From Octopus sinensis (taxonomy: Eukaryota): a stretch of 64,000 nucleotides of DNA. The notes beneath the pieces were generated by a model that was not told the DNA's origin, did no database searches, and was given only the letters and a program-made list of their open reading frames with translations. Location of the stretch: contig NC_043000.1 in assembly GCF_006345805.1 (NCBI RefSeq), positions 60,512,001 through 60,576,000 of the forward strand. Reading direction: 5' to 3'. The first letter of the stretch is position 1. Each line of letters starts with the position of its first letter. This document shows positions 24,968 through 36,700 of the stretch, piece by piece. Both the position numbers and the translations under genes were made by a program.

Positions 24968-25999
24968 CATTTTGCTTAAACATTGTATGTGTACATTTTG
25001 CTGTTTTCATTATTATCAGTTCTATGAGTGTGTTTCTGCATTCCTTACGTCTATAGTAAACTACAGTAAAGGACATTTTACATTGTTTTAAGTAGCCCAC
25101 ATCTAATGAAGTAGCCAACCTTATGGTTGGTGATCGCCATGAAAATCATATTCTCATTTGTGTTCAAGATAACAACCATAAACATGTTTCACAGACTCAT
25201 CCCTCTTATCATGCTCTCTGATATTAGCTTATTCTGTGGAATGGACAAGATGGGTATTATTTCAATATTCCACAGATTGAACCTGCAACAGGATAGCCAA
25301 TTACAAACAAAAAGGTGTCGTCAAATGACTTCTATTCTTACCAACTAATGTTAAGACCAGAACAATCAAATCAATTACACATGTCAAATAAACTTTATTT
25401 TTGTTTACACATTTTCTACGTTATCTCAACAACCAGCTATAGTCATTTCAAATACACTTCTCCACAATGACCAGGTTTCATTAGAAAATGAAAAATAGTT
25501 TCACACTTTCAATTTGAATCAAAATTACAAAGTGTTGCATTACGAGAGTGACGATGTGTGAATAATCAAAACCTTGTAAGTGGATTTGGTACATGGGAAC
25601 TGGAAGAAGCTTGTGTGTGTATATATATGTATTTGTGTATGTGTCTGTGTTTGTCCCCCACTACTGCCTGACAACCGGTGTTGGTGCATTTATGTCCCTA
25701 TTTGGTAAAAGAAACCGCAAGAATAAGTATCAGGTATTTAAGAAAAATAAGTACTGGGATTGATTTCCTCAACTAAAATTCTTCAAGGCAGTGCCCTAGC
25801 ATGGTTGCAGTCTAATGACTGAAACAAGTAAAAAGTAAAAGATAATATCATTGGGTTATTACCACCCTATGTTGTATGTGTACTTATTAAAGCAATAAAG
25901 AGTCATCAGAATGAAAGGCTGTCCATGGATCATTGTGAAAAAAAAAAAAAAAAAAGCTCTGATGTTGAATAACAGTTCTTAATTCAAACCGTTCACACC

Positions 26000-26860
26000 T
26001 ATTATATGTTAAAGTTAACTTGGACATAAAAAAAAATAATCATGCGATGTTGTAGAGATCAGTTGTCCAGCTGAACATGTCATTCGATATCAATTTGAAA
26101 GAGAACACTTCAGAAAATGTCAATTGGTCACAGATTCTCAACCTGTCAAGTTGACAGTGTGTGAATATGTACAGAGAAATATGCTCCTGCAGACATAGTT
26201 ATGCCAAGGTCAACAATGAGCGCAAAGTTCTAATTATTTCCGTTTGAGTCAAGTTTGAACATTTTGTTGGGAACCGTTTTACTGAAATGAAGGGCATGAA
26301 GTTTGTGGTGATGAGTGACATGTTGTGGTCGTTTGTCTGCTTGTATATGGCGCCTAGGTCTTGGAGTGCACAAAAATTGTCTGTTTTGACTTCTAGCATG
26401 ACTTTAATGTCATCTGAATAATTGCTGATTATGGCCTGTTGTATATTTTTGCCTATGCTTCGCAACATTATGAGGAACAAAACGAGACCCCAGAAAGCTC
26501 CTCCACTTACTACCATATTTGTAGATAGGGACCCTCATCAATTATCAACATTTGATTTGTCTTTCAGGAAATCACACAAACATATATCTAACCTTGCTGT
26601 TCAGCCAATATTTCAAAGTCAACTGTGTCAAAACAAAGTACACACAGTTAATCCTTGATCCAAATAATAGACACAGCAGAATTTGGTTGTATTGTTGAAG
26701 AAGCTGTATCATTGTTTCTTCCAGAGACCAAGAGATGTTGAGTGTTCTTCAAAATATTCTATTGATCTATACAGTTTATTACTCTTCCACTTGTGTGAAA
26801 TAAGGGCAAAACTTCAGTTTTAATTTTCACAATCAAACTACTATTTCACCGTGGAGGATG
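26000..26860 (-). mobile_element. Decayed CR1/L2-like LINE reverse transcriptase
   Basis: Degenerate QLLQQYNQIL, FDTVDFEIL, VVSG..LVLFLIM, SNYSDDIK..LQDLGAIY motifs in RT order. Confidence 0.6.
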
Positions 26861-27166
26861 CTGTAAGAGCAATCATACTACCATGTTGACTGAAAGAAAT
26901 TATTCAATTGGCCGATTTAAAAAGTTCACAGAAATCAAAACAGCATGGTTTTAGAGATCAAGATATAGGAGAGAATAATTTGGCAAAACATAGTGATTTA
27001 TATATTTATTTCATAATATATATTTATATACAAAGAGTGTATTCTTTTTCTATTATTATCAACACACAGACACTCACACATTTATACATAATGTACATGC
27101 ATGCTTACATGAATTATAATTGAAAATTATTTAATGAAAAAGTAGGTATGAAAAATTATGCACAAT

Positions 27167-27330
27167 TTAATATTCCTGCATTTCTATAGTGTGTGCTTGT
27201 TTATTTTGAATATTCTTGTCTTTCAGTTTGGCTTGTAAAAGAATGTGTTCTACAACTCCACTGCGAACATCCATCTGGGAACATTCCTTCTTCAGCTGTT
27301 GTAGTGTCTGCTTAATTTTAACAAGTGGTG
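27167..27330 (-). CDS. IFT57: IFT57 last coding exon: (A)PLVKIKQTLQQLKKECSQMDVRSGVVEHILLQAKLKDKNIQNKQAHTIEMQEY*
   Basis: Matches APLVKIKQSLTKLKQETVEMDIRIGIVEHTLLQSKLK; tttaaag acceptor; TAA at 27167-27169. The ten exons sum to 1239 nt. Confidence 0.96.
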
Positions 27331-27618
27331 CTTTAAAACAAAAAGAAAGATTGAGAATGAGAGAAACTAAATTAAAAGAGAAAGCTAAAAGAAAAAGAAA
27401 AGATGGAAAACTAAAAATCAAAGAGAGAATTCGTTCTGTTGCCTCACCAAATTGCTGCTGATTGAAGTAGAGCTCTGATTAAAGGCATACCTGCTTTTTT
27501 CAGGTTTAGTGTATCCTAGAATACATCATCCAATGTGTCCTTCTTTTCAAGGAAACAGAGTGTAGCATGAAGAAGACTTATCAGCTATTTTTTGCAAGTA
27601 AAATGATCACATAGAAGT

Positions 27619-28943
27619 TATCTATGCTGGCATGGGTTGGATGGTTTGACCAGGGCTGGCAAGCTGGAAGACTGCACCCGATCCCTGTCTGATTTAGCAT
27701 GGTTTCTATGGCTGAATGTCCTTCCTAACACCAACCACTCCGAAAGTGTAATGGGTACCATTTGCATGACACTGGTATCTGCCATGACTGCAATTTTACT
27801 TGGCTTGATAGGTCTTCTTCTCAAGCATGACATAATGCCAAAGGTCTCGGGCATTACCTCTGTGAGGCCCAACACTTGAAAGGAGCTTTTTACATGCCAC
27901 CAGCATCGACCACTTTGCCTCCATGAGACCCAATGCTCGAAAGGTGCTTTTTATGTGCCCCCAGCATGAGTGCCAGTTATATGACACCAGCATCAGCCAC
28001 GACTATTTCACTTGGCTTGACAGGTCTTCTCAAGCACAGCATATTACTAAAGGTCCTGGTCACTAGTCATTGAGGGAGAGGCCCTTTGTTGCCAGCAAAA
28101 GTAGGAACTTTACCTAGCCTCTCTGAACTTTGCCCAGCCTGTTCTTATTCTCATAGCTATGCACTCAAAGCATCCACCTTCGCTACTAACTTGGCCATCT
28201 ACCTGAAGGGATTTATGATTTGTCTGCCTTCCAACTTACTAAGACTTTGGTTTTTGCTAGGTTAACTCTAAAGCCCTTTGATTCTAGACCTTGCTTCCAT
28301 TCCTGGAACTTCTTCTCTAGTTCTGGTAGTGATTCAGCTATAAGAACAAGGTCATCAGCATAGAGGAGCTCCCAGAGGCAGCCTTCTTAAATTCCTCTCA
28401 AGTTGCCTGGAGGACTATGATGAACAAGAGGGGGATGAGGACTGATCTTTGATGAACCCCAACTAGTATCCTGAATTCTTCGCTGTACTCAATACCAACC
28501 CTCACTTTACTGGTAGCATCCCTGTACATGGCTTGTACAACTCTCGCCAACTATTCATCTATTCCTAGTTTCCACATTGACCACCAGATAAGGTTATGTA
28601 TTTCTCCTGCAGTTGCCTTACCAGAAATATAGCATCAGTGGTGCTGCTCCCTAGCACAAAAACCAAACAGCATCTCATCTAAACTAACTCTCTCTCAAAT
28701 TAGTTGGGCTATGACCCTCTCTCTAACTTTCATCACCTGATCCAACAATTTGATACCTCTGTAATTATTTCTATCTAAGTCATCACCTTTACCTTTGTAG
28801 CAGTTGATTATGGTGCTATTACACCAGTCATTGGGTATGACTCCTTTGTGAACCACCTGATTTACAATACGGGTGACTAAACCATAACCCACACAACCAG
28901 ATGTTTTAAGCATCCCAGCAGTGATTCTTTGATCTCTGATCAA
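27619..28943 (-). mobile_element. Older decayed RTE LINE of the same family, divergent to the 29.1 kb copy
   Basis: Minus translation gives IPNDWCNSTIINCYKGKGD.LDRNNYRGIKLL and LLYADDL with stops and deletions, followed by the ORF end and 3'UTR modules. Confidence 0.88.
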
Positions 28944-29092
28944 ACACCACTGGAGCTATATAGTCATTTTAGACATATTATAGTCATGCTATTTAGCACC
29001 CTGTAGCTTAAGGCCACGGGCATAATTAGCCCTCCACAGGAACTAACCTAAAAGTTCACACATAGTGCAGCTTTTAAGCTAGTATATATATA

Positions 29093-30728
29093 GTACTCAG
29101 CCCCCTCCTATTTATCATAGTCCTCCAGGCAATAACGGAGGAATTCAAGACAGGATGCCCTTGGGAGCTCCTCTATGCTGATGACCTTGCTCTAATTGCT
29201 GAGTCGCTATCAGAACTGGAGGAGAAGTTTCAGGTGTGGAAACAAGGATTAGAATCGAAGGGCCTCAGAGTCAATCTAGCTAAAACCAAAGTCGTAATCA
29301 GTAGGAAGGTAGACAAATCACAAACACCTTCAGGTAGCTGGCCCTGCTCGATCTGTAGAAAAGGTGTAGGTAGAAACTCTATAAGATGCACCAAGTGTAA
29401 GCTATGGACACATAAGAGATGCAGCAATGTGAAAGGAAGGCTAACTAGGAAGATGGTTTTTGTATGTGGCAGATGCTCAGGAACAATAAACACTGAAAAT
29501 GCTCTGAGACCAACTTCCGTCACTTTCCAGGGAGAAAAACTAGAAATAGTTGATAGTTTCCGTTACCTAGGTGACCAAGTCAGCAGCGGGGGCGGGTGTG
29601 CTGAAAGTGTAACTGCTAGAGTAAGAATAGCTTGGGCAAAGTTCAGAGAGCTCTTACCTCTGCTGGTGACAAAAGGCCTCTCGCACAGAGTGAAAGGCAG
29701 ACTGTATGATGCGTGTGTACGAACAGCCATGCTACATGGCAGTGAAACATGGGCCGTGACTGCTGAGGATATGCGTAAGCTCGCTAGTACGCTCCGATGG
29801 ATGTGTAATGCCGGTACTCACACTCGGCAGAGTGTAAGTACCTTGAGAGAAAAGCTGGACCTAAGAAGCATCAGTTGTGGTGTGCAAGAGAGACGTTTGC
29901 GCTGGTATGGTCATGTGGCGAGAATGGATGAAGATAGTTGTGTGAAAAAGTGCCACACCCTAGCGGTTGAGGGAACCTGTGGAAGAGGCAGACCCAGGAA
30001 AACCTGGGACGAGGTGGTGAAGCACGACCTTCGAACTTTAGGTCTCACTGAGGAAATGACTAGAGACCGAGACCTCTGGAAGTGTGCTCTGCGCGAGAAG
30101 ACCCGGCAGGACAAGTGAGTCCACAACCCGTGGCCTTCTACATGGGATGGAGCCAGCCTATGTATGCATACCTTCCCTTCTTGGGACACAAAACTCTACT
30201 TGTGAAGACGTGTTGAGGCAAGTGAGGATCAGAATCGAAATCGATCAATGGAAATTGCGGATGTGCTACCAGTGCCGGTGGCATGTCGAAACTCTGCTTG
30301 TGAAGACCCATTGAGGCAAGTGAGGATCAGAATCGAAATCGATCAATGGAAATCGATCAATGGAAATTGCAGATGTGTTACCAGTGCCGGTGGCATGTAA
30401 GAGAACTTTCCGTTTCGCGACCGTTGCCAGCACCGCCCCGTTTCGTGTCCGTTGCCAGCCTCGCCTGGCCCTCGTGCCGGTGGCACATAAAAAGCACCAT
30501 CCGTTCGTGGCCGTTTGCCAGCTCTGTCTGGCACCAGTGCGGGTGGCACGTAAAAAGCACCCACTACACTCACGGAGTGGTTGGCGTTAGGAAGGGCATC
30601 CAGCCGTAGAAACACTGCCAGATTTGACTGGGCCTGATGAAGCCTTCTGGCTTCACAGACCCCAGTAGAACCGTCCAACCCATGCTAGCATGGAAAACGG
30701 ACGCTAAATGATGATGATGATGATGATG
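29093..30728 (+). mobile_element. 5'-truncated young RTE-clade LINE (RT C-terminal half, 3'UTR, (GAT)n tail)
   Basis: Uninterrupted frame 29093-30118: VLSPLLF...LLYADDL...KTKV...[PHD-like]...VDSFRYLG...RLRWYGHV...GRPRKTW. Ends in (GAT)n; (TA)n on both flanks. Confidence 0.92.
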
Positions 30729-31087
30729 ATATATATAGATATATATATATATATATATATATACATACATATATAGTTTGATCAAATTTTATGCACATCA
30801 GCAAATGTACCATTTGCTGTTCTAATAAGTACAAATCATTCTTATCAGGTTGTGAAGGGCAGATTTGGTGCTCATATTTGGTGAGGCAAACGAATGCAGA
30901 AATGCATGTTCAGCAATCTAGTGATGACATTTACACCTGATGTGTTTTCACACATGTTGTCAAGGAGGAGAATTTTGTCCTAAGATAATTTCTGCAGTGA
31001 AAGGTCTTCTCACATCCAACTGTACTTAAATGAGTAAAATATGACTTCACACAAATTTATTTTATTAAATGCTGCTTCATGCAACTT

Positions 31088-31121
<34 letters not shown>

Positions 31122-31147
31122 CAGATATATACATATAGATTAAGTAA

Positions 31148-31485
31148 AGGTTCATGGCTCAGTGGTTAGAACATCAGGCTCAGTCATGAGGTAGTGAGTT
31201 TGATTCTCAGATCAGGCTGTATGTGTTGTGTTCTTGAACAAGTCACTTTATTTCACGTTGTCCCAGTTCATTCAGCTGCAGAAATGAGTTGTGGCATCAC
31301 TGGTGCCAAGCTGTACAAGCCTTTGCCTTTCTCTTGGATAACATTGGTGTCATGGAGAGGGAAGGCTACTATGCATGGGTGGCTACCGGTCTTCCATAAA
31401 TAACCTTGCCCAGACTTTTGCCTCTGAGGGGAACTTTCTAAGTGCAATCCCATGGTCATTCATGACCAAAGGGGTTCTTTACCCT
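31148..31485 (+). mobile_element. SINE family C (others 6085-6440 -, 15050-15377 -)
   Basis: tRNA-like head TGGCTCAGTGGTTAGA...GAG.TCGA.TCCC, then GTGTTCTTGAGCAAGACACTTTATTTCAC domain; three collinear copies. Confidence 0.85.
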
Positions 31486-31915
31486 ATATAGGTTGAGTCA
31501 GTTTCTTGCTATTTTGGTTTCACACATATGTGCACAGGGTCTTCAGGTAAGTTACAATTGAAGAAATGTTTTTCTTCTAACTAAATTCCATCCTGCTCTT
31601 TCATTCTAACAGATACTTGAAGTTATTCTATAACCCATTACATTATTGGAGGCTCAGTGAAGACTCAATCATTATATTTTGTGAAAAGAGTAAATCTACC
31701 TTGTGGCGAACATCCTTTCTGTAAACCATGGGTGAACAAAAATGCATGAAGTTCAAGTGAAGAGTAACAGTTTCAGGTGGTTATCAAAACAATGTTGTAG
31801 ACTCAACTTGATAAGATTTCACCCATCCTAGTCTGACTAACATGTAGGGAAACATGTCAAAACAATGATACAACTGTGTATATTACATGTATTTATGCTG
31901 TTCCTGAGTTATTTA

Positions 31916-32811
31916 TGAGGTGGTATCAAAAAGCTTCTGGACTAGTTCTGTAGCATGCCAACAGATGGCAGCACATGGTTGTGTACACAGTGACAGCTAG
32001 CAATGACCTTCATGAGGCAGTGTGTTGAGTGACATAGTTGTGTTTACTTTGCCAGTTGTGAAATTTGTGCTTTTGTGATCAGGTGTATGCTGTAGTCTGC
32101 GATTTTTGTCATGGACAGGAATTTGCAACAAAGAGCCAATGTGAAATTTTGTGTTGAACTTGGAAATTCTGCAACAGAGACATTGAGCATGCTTCAACAA
32201 GCTTATGGCGATGAGGCAATGGGTCATACACAATGTTTCAAGTGGCACTGGCACACTACAGAGCCACAGCTCAATCAAGAGCATGCTCGTTGTTTTTTCA
32301 ACATCCATGGTATTGTGCATAGAAAATTTGTACCCCAGAGCCAGACTGTCAATCAAGAGTTCTACTATGATGTCTCGAATTGTTTGAGGGAGGACATTTG
32401 GTAAAAGCAACCAGATTTGTGGAGCATGAAGAATTGGATTTTTCATGGCAACAATGCACCCTGTCACTGAGCTCTCCTCGCTTATGAGTTTCTCACCAAA
32501 AACATGGTATTGCTTCTGCACCCACCCTATTTGCCAGATTTAGCACCTGCAGACTTCCAGCTCTTCCCCAAGATGAAAATGCAGCTCAAAGGTTACTGTT
32601 TTAACACCATTGTCAAGATCCAGCAAATTGCTGAAGGCCCTTGACTCACAGAAAACAACTTCCGGGCCAGATTCCAAAAGTGGCAGGAATGCTGGGACCG
32701 GTGTATTGCAGTGCAAGGTGACTATTTCGAAGGAGACGATGTTAAAACTTAGGTAAATAAGTTATTATTTATTAAGCATAACTAGTCTGAAAACTTTTTG
32801 ATACCACCTCA
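31916..32811 (+). mobile_element. Internally deleted mariner (DD34D-type) element with both TIRs
   Basis: TA|TGAGGTGGTATCAAAAAG...ACTAGTT and its inverse ending CCTCA|TA; MDRNLQQRANVKFC..., HGNNAPCH, HPPYLPDLAPADFQLFPKMK fragments. Confidence 0.92.
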
Positions 32812-33118
32812 TATTCTTCAAATGCTTCTACTTTTCTTTGCAAGCTAATGTACAGACTTGTACATTATACTTAGTGATTTTTCCATCACTACATTGTGTA
32901 TGATTAGAGCTATGTTTTGCAAATTTATCATAAGACTAAGACATGCCCAGATTTATCTTCCATATTTGTAAAAGGAAGTATATATGGATTTAAAGACTCT
33001 CATCAAAAGTAGTACTTTTTAATTTTTAATTTATATTTCAAACAAACACCACTTTACAGTTTTACTTCAAATTTAAAAAAAACTATCATTCGATATGTTA
33101 TATAATATTCATATTTTA

Positions 33119-33210
33119 TATCTCTGAAGAGCAGAAGCGTTGTCTGTAAGTGCTTATCAATATAAGATTTCATTATAGGGACAACTCTTCTGTGAAACGA
33201 TTGTAAGATA
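33119..33210 (+). ncRNA. Type I hammerhead ribozyme motif with complete catalytic core (Penelope/retrozyme-type)
   Basis: UAUCU-CUGAAGA-GCAGAAG(c)GUUGUC..35 nt..GACAAC(u)CUUCUGU-GAAAC-GAUU-GUA-AGAUA: stem I 5 bp, stem II 7+6 bp, stem III 2 bp, GUA cleavage triplet. Activity untested. Confidence 0.8.
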
Positions 33211-33582
33211 CTTTAAATTATTAATTCAAAACTTTTAAACTATCATATATATCTACATATTATATTTATACTTATACATATTTACATATATTTTTATATA
33301 TATTTATATTTATTTACTTATATATTTTTAATACAACTATTTTCACACGGGTATATCTTTCTGGGGAGTTTTGATATTAATTTCCTTATATTATTATTAA
33401 TAATAATATATTATTAAAAAATATATATGTATATTTGTAAAAGTAAATAAAATAGTATTAAACATGAACTAATGTTGCTTTTTTCTTCATCACATAATTA
33501 TTTCTAATTAACATTTCAATGCACCCAACTTTAGACAAGCTAATATTAACTTAACTATAATCCTTTTTCTGATTTTACTAAC

Positions 33583-33649
33583 CTCCATCAGTCATAGTAT
33601 TTCCTCTTTCTTCCATTTCAGATTTCACTTTGTCAAGTTCTTCTGTAAT
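33583..33649 (-). CDS. IFT57: IFT57 coding exon 9: ITEELDKVKSEMEERGNTMTDG(A)
   Basis: Matches EELEKVKQEMEEKGSSMTDG; tttag/gttagt sites; 67 nt, phase 0 to 1. Confidence 0.95.
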
Positions 33650-34062
33650 CTAAATAAATAAATGATACTGAGTTCATTACTTGGACATTATACTTTAAGT
33701 ATTGAGCATCTCAAATATTCACTACTGACCACATGTCTATAACATTGATTTATCTTGATAACACAGAAGATAGCTAATCTTTATAGAAGAGAACAATGAG
33801 CATGGCTTTACCTCACTCCACTCCAGAAAAGCAAAACACAAAATAAACTTTTGTTATTAGCAACAGAAACACTATTAGCTCAAAACAGCATTCAGTATAT
33901 CATACTTAATGCAGATATATAGTAGAAAACCTGGGAACTGTGGTATTCATCTCAAGAAGATGTCTCATCTAGACGTATAAGTGTTAAAAATTACAGAAAT
34001 ATATCAGTAGTAGATGAAAAGTGTCTAGTAATTCCATCACTGCTACCTCAGTGATAATAATA

Positions 34063-34740
34063 ATCATCATTTAATGTCCATTTTCCATGCTGGTATGGGT
34101 TGAATGGTTTGACAGGAACAGGCAAGTCAGAAGACTATATCAAGCTTGGTTGTCGGTTTTGACATGATTCTTATGGCTGGATGCCCTTTCTAATGCCAAC
34201 CAATTTACAGAATGTACTGGGGGCTTTTTATGTGGCACCAGCAGCAGTGAAGTCACCAGGTAACTTGCAAGACAAGACACCTTCAAGTGAGGTGGGAGTA
34301 GTATTGAAGGACAGAAAGTTGTCTTGCATTAGAAGAGAGACATGGCTTCCTCAGATGGTGAAGAGAATGAGGAGAGAAAGATGGTGAAGATGTGATAGAG
34401 AGCGGGCAGGGGCTGAACACCCAAGTTATAGAGTGAATAGAGATCGTGAGGGTGGGTAGGTGAGTTCACAAGATTTAGAAAGGAGATGGTAACTAGAGGT
34501 GGAGAGTAAAGCATTTAACAGGGGTATATTGTGTACAGGTAGGTAGTTGGACATGTAAGGGAGAATGGAGGGGAGGAGGGAAATGGTGGTAGTGGTGGGC
34601 ATGTGCGGGTTGTGGGAGGGGAAAGGTATCATAACAAGGATTTTACTTTTCTGAGTGAGTCTTCTCAAGCACAGCATATTGGCAGCTGTCTAGGTCCTTT
34701 GTCATCTCCTTTGTGAGGCTCAACATTTGAAGATCATTTC
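34063..34740 (-). mobile_element. RTE LINE 3' end
   Basis: Reverse complement of the DL.MLSLTKEMTKD-type ORF end and the conserved 3' tail. Confidence 0.65.
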
Positions 34741-35939
34741 TCATCAATAACCTTTCTACTGTAGGCACAAAGCTTGAAATTTTGGAGGAGTGGGTAAACT
34801 AATCACATTGACCCCAGTATTTAACTGGTTCTTAATTTATTGACCCTGAAAGGATGAAAGGTGAAGTCAACCTTGGCGGAATTTGAACTCAGAACATAGA
34901 GACAGGTGAAATACTATTAAGTATTTTGCCTGGTATGCTAACAATTTTGCCAGCTCACCACCTTAATTTCTCATCAATAATAATAATAATAACAATAATG
35001 GTTTCAAATTTTGGCACATAGCCAGCAATTCCAGAGGAGTGGAGAAATCAATTACATCAACACCAGTGCTCAACTGGTACTTATTTTATTGACCTTTAAA
35101 GGATGAAAGGCAAAGTTGACCTCAGCAGAATTTGAACTCAGAATGAATAGATGGATAGAATGCCACTAAGCATTTTCCCCAGTGTGTTAATGATTCTGTC
35201 AGCTTGCCACCTTAATAATGATCATAAGAGCTCTCAGAGAGTACAAACCTCCACCAAGGCAACACCAATGTCCTCTCAATGATTAGCTAGAGATGATTTT
35301 TAAAATGAGAATATCTGAAATAAACTCAATTGCTTTCACAAACACGAATACTAAAAATGAACCCAACTGCACTCAAAAATTAAGTAAAAAAACAGAAAAA
35401 TAATTCAGAATCCTTGTCCAGTATCTGATCAATCCCAACGGTAGTCATGGAATACGAAGGTGGCTGAAGAACATTTAGTAACAGTAATAAATAGTTTATC
35501 CTTATCTAATACAAGCCAAAGTTAACAAATTCACCATTCAAAATAGTTTCAAAGGCGGAGGCAATAATAATAATAAGTTCTACTCAGGAATTTTTAAATG
35601 AATAGCATGAGACCTTTTAGCTTTCTCTTCTCTTAAAATCCGGCCTTCCTTTAGTATTCCTGTTGTTTTAAATTGATGTATAGATGTATGTATAAATGTA
35701 AGTATACTGTAAAGTGTTAATATGTACGTATAATATATAATATATATATTTAAAAAATATGTTAGTGTTATTTAATTTCTGAATGGTTTTGGTACTGTTT
35801 GTTTATGTAGTTTGATTTCTTTATCCATCAGTCTCTACTAAGACAGAGACGCAAGTAAAATTGATAACAGAGAAGTGAAAATAAAACTTTGGAAACAGCC
35901 TAAAGGGAGAAAATTGAGAAAGACTTGAAAGTCAATGTA

Positions 35940-36153
35940 AGACTGTAATCATGTAAAGTGAATATAACAAATAATCCAGAATACTTGTCCGGTACTGGAT
36001 CAATCCAAAAATCTAATCAGTTTGTGCCAGTCATGAGGCCAAACATCTATGAAAGTTTCATCTGAATCCATCCTGTGGTTCTTGAGATATCTTGTCCTCA
36101 GACAAACAAAGATGACTGAAAACAATACCTCTGCCTCACTAAGGTGGAGGTAA

Positions 36154-36155
<2 letters not shown>
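35940..36155 (+). mobile_element. Helentron/DINE-like non-autonomous element 3' part (related partial copy approx. 35330-35570)
   Basis: Terminal hairpin CCTCTGCC-TCACTAA-GGTGGAGG-TAAT preceded by AAAACAATAC and a GACAAAC tract. Confidence 0.5.
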
Positions 36156-36184
<29 letters not shown>

Positions 36185-36433
36185 GCTACTACTACTACTA
36201 CTACTAATAATAATAATAATAATAATAATGATGACTTCTTTTACTGGCCACTCATGGCCAGTAAAAAGAACAAAAGGCAAAGTCAACCCTGACAGCATTT
36301 GAACTCAGAACGTTCAAAGTCGGAAGAAATGCTGCTGAGATTCTTACTGGTGTGATAATAATTTTACCAGCTCGCCACCTTAATGATAACAATAACAATA
36401 ATAACAATAGTCAGAGTGTAAGGCAAGACTTAC

Positions 36434-36700
36434 TTCGGCTAAGATACGTGAACGGTCAGTTAATCCACCACTTGCTTGTCGGTATCGTTCTTTGATCTCA
36501 GCTAGCTGATCCTGAAAGGCACGGAATTCTGTAAGAGAATGATCCAGCTGTTTGTTTGTGTATTTCTCACGGCTACGAATTTTCTCTAGTGATCGATCTA
36601 TTTCATCTTGGAGTTCTTGAAGATAGGACTTGGTTTCTTCCATGGAGACTTCAATGTTGTTCTTGTGTTGGTGCATTTGATCGACATGGAGTCGCCAATC
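36434..36700 (-). CDS. IFT57: IFT57 coding exon 8: DWRLHVDQMHQHKNNIEVSMEETKSYLQELQDEIDRSLEKIRSREKYTNKQLDHSLTEFRAFQDQLAEIKERYRQASGGLTDRSRILAE
   Basis: Matches the DWRIHVDQMHQH...LEKISSREKYIN coiled-coil region; ttttgcag/gtaagt sites; 267 nt. Confidence 0.97.

Noticed and set aside
28073-30118. Single LINE with a twin-priming 5' inversion
   Set aside because: The two halves overlap in the RT region and differ in decay, so they are separate insertions.
31997-32521. 174-aa minus-strand ORF
   Set aside because: Antisense shadow of the decayed mariner transposase.
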